In this document: positions 52,601 to 64,000 of the stretch, in pieces
How the letters are laid out: each line of letters begins with the position of its first letter
Position numbering within the stretch: position 1 is the first letter of the stretch
From: Eledone cirrhosa
Taxonomy: Eukaryota
DNA: 64,000 bases
Direction: 5' to 3'
NCBI GenBank assembly: GCA_964016885.1
Contig: OZ024740.1
Coordinates: 22,444,001-22,508,000, forward strand
Position numbers and translations under genes: made by a program
Notes under the pieces: generated by a model
Told to the model about the DNA's origin: nothing
Seen by the model: only the letters and a program-made list of their open reading frames with translations
Database searches by the model: none

Positions 52601-55600
52601 AATTGGAGAAGGAGTGTCTGTGTGTGTATTGGTGAAGGAGTGTCTCTGTGTGTATTGGTGAAGGAGTGTCAGTGTAGGTATTGGTGAAGGAGTGTTAGTG
52701 TGCGTATTGGTGAAGGAGTGTCTGTGTGTGTATTGGTGAAGGAGTGTCTGTATGGGTATTGGTGAAGGAGTGTCAGTGTGTGTATTGGTGAAGGAGTGTC
52801 AGTGTGTGTATTGGTGAAGGAGTGTCAGTGTGTGTATTTGTGAAGGAGTGTCAGTGTGTGTATTGGTGAAGGAGTGTCTGTGTGGGTATTGGTGAAGGAG
52901 TGTCTGTGTGGGTATTGGTGAAGGAGTGTCAGTGTAGGTATTGGTGAAGGAGTGTCAGTGTGTGTATTTGTGAAGGAGTGTCAGTGTGTGTATTGGTGAA
53001 GGAGTGTCTGTGTGGGTATTGGTGAAGGAGTGTCTGTGTGTGTATTGGTGAAGGAGTGTCAGTGTAGTTATTGGTGGAGGAGTGTCAGTGTGTGTATTGG
53101 TGAAGGAGTGTCAGTGTAGGTATTGGTGAAGGAGTGTCAGTGTGTGTATTGGTGAAGGAGTGTCAGTGTAGATATTGGTGAAGTAGTGTCTGTGTGTGTA
53201 TTGGTGAAGGTATGTCTGTGTGTGTATTGGTGAAGGAGTGTCTGTGTGGGTATTGGTGAAGGAATGTCTGTGTGTATTGGTGAAGGAGTGTCTGTGTGGG
53301 TATTGGTGAAAGAGTGTCAGTGTAGGTATTGGTGAAGGAGTGTCAGTGTGGGTATTGGTGAAGGAGTGTCAGTGTGTGTATTGGTGAAGGTGTGTCTGTG
53401 TGTGTATTGGTGAAGGAGTGTCTGTGTGGGAATTGGAGAAGGAGTGTCTGTGTGTGTATTGGTGAAGGAGTGTCTCTGTGTGTATTGGTGAAGGAGTGTC
53501 AGTGTAGGTATTGGTGAAGGAGTGTCAGTGTGTGTATTGGTGAAGGAGTGTCTGTGTGTGTATTAGTGAAGGGGTGTCTGGGTGTGTATTGGTGAAGGAG
53601 TGACTGTGTCTGTATTGGTGAAGGAGTGTCAGTGTGTGTATTGGTGAAGGAGTGTCTGTGTGGGTATTGGTGAAGGAGTGTCTGTGTGTGTATTGGTGAA
53701 GGAGTGTTAGTGTAGTTATTGGTAGAGGAGTGTCAGTGTCTGTATTGGTGAAGGAGTGTCAGTGTGTGTATTGGTGAAGGAGTGTCAGTGTGTGTATTGG
53801 TGAAGGAGTGTCAGTTTAGGTATTGGTGAAGGAGTGTCAGTGTGGGTATTGGTGAAGGAGTGTCAGTGTGTGCATTGGTGAAGGAGTGTCAGTGTGTGTA
53901 TTGGTGAAGGAGTGTCAGTGTGTGTATTGGTGAAGGAGTGTCTGTGTGTATTGGTGAAGGAGTGTCTGTGTTTGTATTGGTGAAGGAGTGTCAGTGTGTG
54001 TATTGGTGAAGGAGTGTCTGTGTGGGTATTGGTGAAGGAGTGTCTGTGTGGGTATTGGTGAAGGAGTGTCTGTGTGTGTATTGGTGAAGGAGTGTCAGTG
54101 TAGGTATTGGTGGAGGAGTGTCAGTGTGTGTATTGGTGAATGAGTGTCAGTGTAGGTATTGGTGAAGGAGAGTCAGTGTGTGTATTGGTGAAGGAGTGTC
54201 ATTGTAGGTATTGGTGAATATTGTCTGTGTGTATATTGGTGAAGGAGTGTTGAGTGTAGGTATTGGTGAAGGAGTGTCAATGTGTGTATTAGTGAAGGAG
54301 TGTCAGGGTAGGTATTGGTGAAGGAGTGTCTGTGTGTGTATTGGTGAAGGAGTGTCTGTGTGTGTATTGGTGAAGGAGTGTCAGTGTGTGTATTGGTGAA
54401 GGAGTGTCTGTGTGTGTATTGGTGAAGGAGTTTCAGTGTAGGTATTGGTGAAGGAGTGTCAGTGTGTGTATTGGTGAAGGAGTGTCTGTGTGTGTATTGG
54501 TGAGGGAGTGTCGGTGTGTGTATTGGTGAAGGTATGTCTGTGTGTGTATTGGTGAAGGAGTGTCTGTGTGGGTATTGCTGAAGGAGTGTCTGTGTGTGTA
54601 TTGGTGAAGGAATGTCTGTGTGTATTGGTGAAGGAGTGTTAGTGTAGTTATTGGTGGAGGAGTGTCAGTGTGTGTATTGGTGAAGGAGTGTCAGTGTAGG
54701 TATTGGTGAAGGAGTGTCAGTGTGTGTATTGCTGAAGGAGTGTCAGTGTAGGTATTGGTGAAGTAGTGTCTGTGTGTGTATTGGTGAAGGAGTGTCTATG
54801 TGTGTATTGGTGAAGGAGTGTCTGTGTGGTGTGTATTGGTGAAGGAGTGTCTGTGTGTGTATTGGTGAAGGAATGTCTGTGTGTGTATTGTTGAAGGTAT
54901 GTCTGTGTGTGTATTGGTTAAGGAGTGTCTGTGTGGGTATTGGTGAAGGAATGTCTGTGTGTATTGGTGAAGGAGTGTCTGTGTGGGTATTGGTGAAAGA
55001 GTGTCAGTGTAGGTATTGGTGAAGGAGAGTCAGTGTGGGTATTGGTGAAGGAGTGTCAGTGTGTGTATTGGTGAAGGTGTGTCTGTGTGTGTATTGGTGA
55101 AGGAGTGTCTGTGTGGGCATTGGAGAAGGAGTGTCTGTGTGTGTATTGGTGAAGGAGTGTCTCTGTGTGTATTGGTGAAGGAGTGTCAGTGTAGGTATTG
55201 GTGAAGGAGTGTTAGTGTGTGTATTGGTGAAGGAGTGTCTGTGTGTGTATTGGTGAAGGAGTGTCTGTATGGGTATTGGTGAAGGAGTGTCAGTGTGTGT
55301 ATTGGTGAAGGAGTGTCAGTGTGTGTATTGGTGAAGGAGTGTCAGTGTGTGTATTTGTGAAGGAGTGTCAGTGTGTGTATTGGTGAAGGAGTGTCTGTGT
55401 GGGTATTGGTGAAGGAGTGTCTGTGTGGGTATTGTTGAAGGAGTGTCAGTGTAGGTATTGGTGAAGGAGTGTCAGTGTGTGTATTTGTGAAGGAGTGTCA
55501 GTGTGTGTATTGGTGAAGGAGTGTCTGTGTGGGTATTGGTGAAGGAGTGTCTGTGTGTGTATTGGTGAAGGAGTGTCAGTGTAGTTATTGGTGGAGGAGT

Positions 55601-58600
55601 GTCAGTGTGTGTATTGGTGAAGGAGTGTCAGTGTAGGTATTGGTGAAGGAGTGTCAGTGTGTGTATTGGTGAAGGAGTGTCAGTGTAGATATTGGTGAAG
55701 TAGTGTCTGTGTGTGTATTGGTGAAGGTATGTCTGTGTGTGTATTGGTGAAGGAGTGTCTGTGTGGGTATTGGTGAAGGAATGTCTGTGTGTATTGGTGA
55801 AGGAGTGTCTGTGTGGGTATTGGTGAAAGAGTGTCAGTGTAGGTATTGGTGAAGGAGTGTCAGTGTGGGTATTGGTGAAGGAGTGTCAGTGTGTGTATTG
55901 GTGAAGGTGTGTCTGTGTGTGTATTGGTGAAGGAGTGTCTGTGTGGGAATTGGAGAAGGAGTGTCTGTGTGTGTATTGGTGAAGGAGTGTCTCTGTGTGT
56001 ATTGGTGAAGGAGTGTCAGTGTAGGTATTGGTGAAGGAGTGTCAGTGTGTGTATTGGTGAAGGAGTGTCTGTGTGTGTAATGGTGAAGGGGTGTCTGGGT
56101 GTGTATTGGTGAAGGAGTGTCTGTGTCTGTATTGGTGAAGGAGTGTCAGTGTGTGTATTGGTGAAGGAGTGTCTGTGTGGGTATTGGTGAAGGAGTGTCT
56201 GTGTGTGTATTGGTGAAGGAGTGTTAGTGTAGTTATTGGTGGAGGAGTGTCAGTGTCTGTATTGGTGAAGGAGTGTCAGTGTGTGTATTGGTGAAGGAGT
56301 GTCAGTGTGTGTATTGGTGAAGGAGTGTCAGTTTAGGTATTGGTGAAGGAGTGTCAGTGTGGATATTGGTGAAGGAGTGTCAGTGTGTGCATTGGTGAAG
56401 GAGTGTCAGTGTGTGTATTGGTGAAGGAGTGTCAGTGTGTGTATTGGTGAAGGAGTGTCTGTGTGTATTGGTGAAGGAGTGTCTGTGTTTGTATTGGTGA
56501 AGGAGTGTCAGTGTGTGTATTGGTGAAGGAGTGTCTGTGTGGGTATTGGTGAAGGAGTGTCTGTGTGGGTATTGGTGAAGGAGTGTCTGTGTGTGTATTG
56601 GTGAAGGAGTGTCAGTGTAGGTATTGGTGGAGGAGTGTCAGTGTGTGTATTGGTGAATGAGTGTCAGTGTAGGTATTGGTGAAGGAGAGTCAGTGTGTGT
56701 ATTGGTGAAGGAGTGTCATTGTAGGTATTGGTGAATATTGTCTGTGTGTATATTGGTGAAGGAGTGTCAGTGTAGGTATTGGTGAAGGAGTGTCAATGTG
56801 TGTATTAGTGAAGGAGTGTCAGGGTAGGTATTGGTGAAGGAGTGTCTGTGTGTGTATTGGTGAAGGAGTGTCTGTGTGTGTATTGGTGAAGGAGTGTCAG
56901 TGTGTGTATTGGTGAAGGAGTGTCTGTGTGTGTATTGGTGAAGGAGTTTCAGTGTAGGTATTGGTGAAGGAGTGTCAGTGTGTGTATTGGTGAAGGAGTG
57001 TCTGTGTGTGTATTGGTGAGGGAGTGTCTGTGTGTGTATTGGTGAAGGTATGTCTGTGTGTGTATTGGTGAAGGAGTGTCTGTGTGGGTATTGCTGAAGG
57101 AGTGTCTGTGTGTGTATTGGTGAAGGAATGTCTGTGTGTATTGGTGAAGGAGTGTCTGTGTGGTTATTGGTGAAGGAGTGTCAGTGTGTGTATTGGCGAA
57201 GGAATGTCTGTGTTTATTGGTGAAGGAGTGTCTGTGTGTGTATTGGTGAAGGAGTTTCAGTGTAGGTATTGGTGAAGGAGTGTCTGTGTGTGTATTGGTG
57301 AACGAGTGTCTGTGTGTGTATTGGTGAAGGAGTGTCTGTGTGTGTATTGGTGAAGGAGTGTCTGTGTGTGTATTGGTGAAGGAGTTTCAGTGTAGGTATT
57401 GGTGAAGGAGTGTCAGTGTGTGTATTGGCGAAGGAATGTCTGTGTTTATTGGTGAAGGAGTGTCTGTGTGGTTATTGGTGAAGGAGTGTCAGTGTGTGTA
57501 TTGGTGAAGTAGTGTCTGTGTGTGTATTGGTGAAGGAGTGTCTGTGTGGGTATTGGTGAAGGAGTGTCAGTGTGTGTATTGGTGAAGGAGTGTCATTGTG
57601 TGTATTGGTGAAGGAGTGTCAGTGTGGGTATTGGTGAAGGAGTGTCAGTGTGGGTATTGGTGAAGGAGTGTCTCTGTGTATTGGTGAAGGAGTGTCTGTG
57701 TTTGTATTGGTGAAGGAGTGTCAGTGTGTGCATTGGTGAAGGAGTGTCTGTGTGGGTATTGGTGAAGGAGTGTCAGTGTGCGTATTGTTGAAGGAGTGTC
57801 AGTGTGTGTATTGGTGAAGGAGTGTCAGTTTGGGTATTGGTGAAGGAGTGTCAGTGTGGGTATTGGTGAAGGAGTGTCTCTGTGTATTGGTGAAGGAGTG
57901 TCTGTGTTTGTATTGGTGAAGGAGTGTCAGTGTGTGCATTGGTGAAGGAGTGTCTGTGTGGGTATTGGTGAAGGAGTGTCAGTGTGGGTATTGTTGAAGG
58001 AGTGTCAGTGTGTGTATTGGTGAAGGAGTGTCAGTTTGGGTATTGGTGAAGTAGTGTCTGTGTGTGTATTGTTGAAGGAGTGTCTGTGTGGGTATTGGTG
58101 AAGGAGTATCTGTGTGGTGTGTGTTGGTGAAGTTGTGACAGTGTGTGTATTGGTGAAAGGAGTGTCTGTGTGTGTATTGGTGAAGGTGTGTCTGTGTGTG
58201 TATTGGTGAAGGAGTGTATGTGTGGGTATTGGTGAAGGAGTGTCTGTGTGTGTATTGGTGAAGGAGTGTCTGTGTGGGTATTGGTGAAGGAGTGTCTGTG
58301 TGGGTATTGTTGAAGGAGTGTCAGTGTGGGTATTGGTGAAAGAGTGTCAGTGTAGGTATTGGTGAAGGAGTGTCAGTGTGGGTATTGGTGAAGGAGTGTC
58401 AGTGTGTGTATTGGTGAAGGAGTGTCTGTTTTGGAACTTGAGTAGGAGTGTCTGTGTGTGTATTGGTGAAGGTGTGTCTCTGTGTGTATTGGTGAAGGAG
58501 TGTCAGTGTAGGTATTGGTGAAGGAGTGTCAGTGTGTGTATTGGTGAAGGAGTGTCTGTTTTGGAATTTGAGTAGGAGTGTCTGTGTGTGTATTGGTGAA

Positions 58601-61600
58601 GGTGTGTCTCTGTGTGTATTGGTGAAGGAGTGTCAGTGTAGGTATTGGTGAAGGAGTGTCAGTGTGTGTATTGGTGAAGGAGTGTCTGTGTGGGTATTGG
58701 TGAAGGAGTGTCTGTGTGGGTATTGGTGAAGGAGTGTCATTGTGGGTAGTGGTGAAGGAGTGTCAGTGTGTGTATTGGTGAAGGACTGTCAGTGTGTGTA
58801 TTGGTGAAGGAGTGTCTGTGTGTGTATTGGTGAAGGAGTGTCTGTGTGTGTATTGGTGAAGGAGTGTCTGTGTGTGTATTGGTGAAGGAGTGTCAGTGTG
58901 TGTATTGGTGAAGGAGTGTCTGTGTGTGTATTGGTGAAGGAGTATCTGTGTGTGTATTGGTGAAGGAGTGTCACTGTGTGTATTGGTGAAGGAGTGTCAG
59001 TGTAGGTATTGGTGAAGGAGTGTCTGTGTGGGTATTGGTGAAGGAGTGTCTGTGTATGTATTGGTGAAGGAGTGTCTGTGTGTGTATTGGTGAAGGAGTA
59101 TCTGTGTGTGTATTGGTGAAGGAGTGTCAGTGTGTGTATTGGTGAAGAAGTGTCTGTGTGTGTATTGGTGAAGGAGTGTCTGTGTGTGTATTGGTGAAGG
59201 AGTGTCAATGTGTGTATTGGTGAAGGAGTGTCAGTGTGTGTATTGGTGAAGGAGTGCCAGCGTGGGTATTGGTGAAGGAGTGTCTGTGTGTGTATTGGTG
59301 AAGGAGTGTCTGTGTGTGTATTGGTGAAGGAGTGTCTGTGTGTCTATTGGTGAAGGAATGTCTGTGTGGGTATTGGTGAAGGAGTGTCAGTGTGTGTATT
59401 GGTGAAGGAGTGTCAGTATGTGTATTGGTGAAGGAGTGTCAGTGTAGGTATTGGTGAAGGAGTGTCTGTGTGCGTATTGGTGAAGGAGTGTCTGTGTGTG
59501 TATTGGTGAAGGAGTGTCAGTGTGTGTATTGGTGAAGTAGTGTCTGTGTGTGTATTGGTGAAGGAGTGTCTGTGTGTGTATTGGTGAAGGAGTTTTAGTG
59601 TAGGTATTGGTGAAGGAGTGTCAGTGTGTGTATTGGTGAAGGAGTGTCTGTGTGTATATTGGTGAAGGAGCGTCAGTGTGTGTATTGGCGAAGGTATGTC
59701 TGTGTGTGTATTTGTGAAGGAGTGTCTGTATGGGTATTGGTGAAGGAGTGTCTGTGTGTGTATTGGCGAAGGAATGTCTGTGTGTATTGGTGAAGGAGTG
59801 TCTGTGTGGGTATTGGTGAAGGAGTGTCAGTGTGTGTATTGGTGAAGTAGTTTCTGTGTGTGTATTGGTGAAGGAGTGTCTGTGTGTGTATTAGTGAAGG
59901 AGTGTCTGTGTGGTGTGTATTGGTGAAGGTGTGACAGTGTGTGTATTGGTGAAAGGAGTGTCTGTGTGTTTATTGGTGAAGGAGTGTCTGTGTATGTATT
60001 GGTGAAGGAGTGTCTGTGTGTGTATTGGTGAAGGAGTATCTGTGTGTGTATTGATGAAGGAGTGTCAGTGTGTGTATTGGTGAAGAAGTGTCTGTGTGTG
60101 TATTGGTGAAGGAGTGTCTGTGTGTGTATTGGTGAAGGAGTGTCAATGTGTGTATTGGTGAAGGAGTGTCAGTGTGTGTATTGGTGAAGGAGTGCCAGCG
60201 TTGGTATTGGTGAAGGAGTGTCTGTATGTGTATTGGTGAAGGAGTGTCTGTGTGTGTATTGGTGAAGGAGTGTCTGTGTGGGTATTGGTGAAGGAGTGTC
60301 AGTGTGTGTATTGGTGAAGGAGTGTCAGTATGTGTATTGGTGAAGGAGTGTCAGTGTAGGTATTGGTGAAGGAGTGTCTGTGTGTGTATTGGTGAAGGAG
60401 TGTCTGTGTGTGTATTGGTGAAGGAGTGTCTGTGTGGGTATTGGTGAAGGAGTGTCTGTGTGGGTATTGTTGAAGGAGTGTCTGTGTGGGTATTGGTGAA
60501 GAAGTGTCTGTGTGGGTATTGTTGAAGGAGTGTCAGTGTGGGTATTGGTGAAAGAGTGTCCGTGTAGGTATTGGTGAAGGAGTGTCAGTGTGGGTATTGG
60601 TGAAGGAGTGTCAGTGTGTGTATTGGTGAAGGTGTGTCTGTGTGTGTATTGGTGAAAGAGTGTCTGTGTGGGAATTGGAGTAGGAGTGTCTGTGTGTGTA
60701 TTGGTGAAGGAGTGTCAGTGTGTGTATTGGTGAAGGAGTGTCTGTGTGTGTATTGGTGAAGGAGTGTCTGTGTGGGTATTGGTGAAGGAGTGTCATTGTG
60801 TGTATTGGTGAAGGAGTGTCAGTGTGGGTATTGGTGAAGGAGTGTCTGTGTGGGTATTGGTGAAGGAGTGTCTGTGTGGGTAGTGGTGAAGGAGTGTCAG
60901 TGTAGGTATTGGCGAAGGAGTGTCTGTGTGGGTATTGGTGAAGGAGTGTCAGTGAGTGCATTGGTGAAGGAGTGTCTGTGATTGTATTTGTGAAGGAGTC
61001 TCTGTGTGTGTATTGGTGAAGGAGTGTCTCTGTGTGTATTGGTGAAGGAGTGTCAGTGTGTGTATTGGTGAAGGAGTGTCTGTGTGTGTATTGGTGAAGG
61101 AGCATCTGTGTGTGTATTGGTGAAGGAGTGTCAGTGTGTGTATTGGTGAATGAGTGTCAGTGTTATGTATTCGTGAAGGAGTGTCTGTGTGGGTATTGGT
61201 GAAGGAGTGTCTGTGTGTGTATTGGTGAAGGAGTGTCTGTGTGTGTATTGGTGAAGGAGTGTCAGTGTGTGTATTGGTGAAGGAGTGTCAGTGTAGGTAT
61301 TGGTGAAGGAGTGTCTGTGTGGGTATTGGTGAAGGAGTGTCTGTGTGTGTATTGGTGAAGGAGTGTCTGTGTGTGTATTGGTGAAGAAGTATCTGTGTGT
61401 GTATTGGTGAAAGAGTGTCAGTGTGTGTATTGGTGTTGGAGTGTCAGTGTAGGTATTGGTGAAGGAGTGTCTGTGTGGGGATTGGTGAAGGAGTGTCTGT
61501 GTGTGTATTGGTGAAGGAGTGTCTGTGTGTGTATTGGTGAAGGAGTGTCTGTGTGTGTATTGGTGAAGGAGTGTCAGTGTGTGTATTGGTGAAGGAGTGT

Positions 61601-64000
61601 CTGTGTGTGTATTGGTGAATGTGTGTCTGTGTGTGTATTGGTGAAGGAGTGTATGTGTGGGTATTGGTGAAGGAGTGTCTGTGTGTGTATTGGTGAAGGA
61701 GTGTCTGTGTGGGTATTGGTGAAGGAGTGTCTGTGTGGGTATTGTTGAAGGAGTGTCAGTGTGGGTATTGGTGAAAGAGTGTCAGTGTAGGTATTGGTGA
61801 AGGAGTGTCAGTGTGGGTATTGGTGAAGGAGTGTCAGTGTGTGTATTGGTGAAGGAGTGTCTGTGTGGGAATTTGAGTAGGAGTGTCTGTGTGTGTATTG
61901 GTGAAGGAGTGTCTGTGTGGGTATTGGTGAAGGAGTGTCTGTGTGGGTATTGGTGAAGGAGTGCCATTGTGGGTAGTGGTGAAGGAGTGTCAGTGTGTGT
62001 ATTGGTGAAGGACTGTCAGTGTGTGTATTGGTGAAGGAGTGTCTGTGTGTGTATTGGTGAAGGAGTGTCTGTGTGTGTATTGGTGAAGGAGTGTCTGTGT
62101 GTGTATTGGTGAAGGAGTGTCAGTGTGTGTATTGGTGAAGGAGTGTCTGTGTGTGTATTGGTGAAGGAGTATCTGTGTGTGTATTGGTGAAGGAGTGTCA
62201 CTGTGTGTATTGGTGAAGAAGTGTCTGTGTGTGTATTGGTGAAGGAGTGTCTGTGTGTGTATTGGTGAAGGAGTGTCAATGTGTGTATTGGTGAAGGAGT
62301 GTCAGTGTGTGTATTGGTGAAGGAGTGCCAGCGTGGGTATTGGTGAAGGAGTGTCTGTGTGTGTATTGGTGAAGGAGTGTCTGTGTGTGTATCGGTGAAG
62401 GAGTGTCTGTGTGTGTATTGGTGAAGGAGTGTCTGTGTGGGTATTGGTGAAGGAGTGTCAGTGTGTGTATTGGTGAAGGAGTGTCAGTATGTGTATTGGT
62501 AAAGGAGTGTCAGTGTAGGTATTGGTGAAGGAGTGTCTGTGTGTGTATTGGTGAAGGAGTGTCTGTGTGTGTATTGGTGAAGGAGTGTCAGTGTGTGTAT
62601 TGGTGAAGGAGTGTCTGTGTGTGTATTGGTGAAGGAGTGTCTGTGTGTGTATTGGTGAAGGAGTTTTAGTGTAGGTATTGGTGAAGGAGTGTCAGTGTGT
62701 GTATTGGTGAAGGAGTGTCTGTGTGTATATTGGTGAAGGAGCGTCTGTGTGTGTATTGGTGAAGGTATGTCTGTGTGTGTATTTGTGAAGGAGTGTCTGT
62801 ATGGGTATTGGTGAAGGAGTGTCTGTGTGTGTATTGGCGAAGGAATGTCTGTGTGTATTGGTGAAGGAGTGTCTGTCTGGGTATTGGTGAAGGAGTGTCA
62901 GTGTGTGTATTGGTGAAGTAGTTTCTGTGTGTGTATTGGTGAAGGAGTGTATGTGTGGGTATTGGTGAAGGAGTGTCTGTGTGTGTATTGGTGAAGGAGT
63001 GTCTGTGTGGGTATTGGTGAAGGAGTGTCTGTGTGGGTATTGTTGAAGGAGTGTCAGTGTGGGTATTGGTGAAAGAGTGTCAGTGTAGGTATTGGTGAAG
63101 GAGTGTCAGTGTGGGTATTGGTGAAGGAGTGTCAGTGTGTGTATTGGTGAAGGAGTGTCTGTGTGGGAATTTGAGTAGGAGTGTCTGTGTGTGTATTGGT
63201 GAAGGAGTGTCTGTGTGGGTATTGGTGAAGGAGTGTCTGTGTGGGTATTGGTGAAGGAGTGTCATTGTGGGTAGTGGTGAAGGAGTGTCAGTGTGTGTAT
63301 TGGTGAAGGACTGTCAGTGTGTGTATTGGTGAAGGAGTGTCTGTGTGTGTACTGGTGAAGGAGTGTCTGTGTGTGTATTGGTGAAGGAGTGTCTGTGTGT
63401 GTATTGGTGAAGGAGTGTCAGTGTGTGTATTGGTGAAGGAGTGTCTGTGTGTGTATTGGTGAAGGAGTATCTGTGTGTGTATTGGTGAAGGAGTGTCACT
63501 GTGTGTATTGGTGAAGAAGTGTCTGTGTGTGTATTGGTGAAGGAGTGTCTGTGTGTGTATTGGTGAAGGAGTGTCAATGTGTGTATTGGTGAAGGAGTGT
63601 CAGTGTGTGTATTGGTGAAGGAGTGCCAGCGTGGGTATTGGTGAAGGAGTGTCTGTGTGTGTATTGGTGAAGGAGTGTCTGTGTGTGTATCGGTGAAGGA
63701 GTGTCTGTGTGTGTATTGGTGAAGGAGTGTCTGTGTGGGTATTGGTGAAGGAGTGTCAGTGTGTGTATTGGTGAAGGAGTGTCAGTATGTGTATTGGTGA
63801 AGGAGTGTCAGTGTAGGTATTGGTGAAGGAGTGTCTGTGTGTGTATTGGTGAAGGAGTGTCTGTGTGTGTATTGGTGAAGGAGTGTCAGTGTGTGTATTG
63901 GTGAAGGAGTGTCTGTGTGTGTATTGGTGAAGGAGTGTCTGTGTGTGTATTGGTGAAGGAGTTTTAGTGTAGGTATTGGTGAAGGAGTGTCAGTGTGTGT
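43603..64000. repeat. Satellite DNA, 26-bp monomer (GTGTGTGTATTGGTGAAGGAGTGTC[T/A]), ~780 copies, extends beyond window end
   Basis: ggag recurs at 43621 and 43647. Antisense ORFs show a 26-aa period, equal to 3 x 26 nt. Single orientation throughout. Confidence 0.98.

Noticed and set aside
49858-63577. His/Thr-rich minus-strand ORFs
   Set aside because: Translations of the 26-bp satellite cycling through three frames, ended at random by the TCA/TCT variant.
43603-64000. Telomerase-made telomeric repeat
   Set aside because: The array is G-rich, but variants are copied in multi-kb blocks as expected from recombination. There is no TTAGGG array, and no chromosome end is visible.

Overview
Eukaryotic, gene-free, heterochromatin-like DNA. 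The SINE family suggests an octopod cephalopod, but that is pattern recall and was not checked by a search. The window has three parts. (i) A ~29.9 kb satellite of a 43-bp monomer (1-~29940, C-rich on +) with kb-scale block duplications. (ii) A ~13.7 kb island of nested transposons and microsatellites (~29950-43600). (iii) A >=20.4 kb satellite of a 26-bp monomer (43603-64000, G-rich on +). The island holds two head-to-tail non-autonomous Helitrons with different internal tandem repeats, inside an older MITE. It also holds about ten copies or fragments of a tRNA-type SINE, one of which has its Pol III B-box amplified ~23-fold. The remaining elements are a decayed R4/Dong-like RT element, Tx1-like LINE pieces and a 1.5-kb ORF1-only element sitting in a GA/GATA microsatellite. 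No intact host gene is supported, and most ORFs in the track are repeat artefacts.
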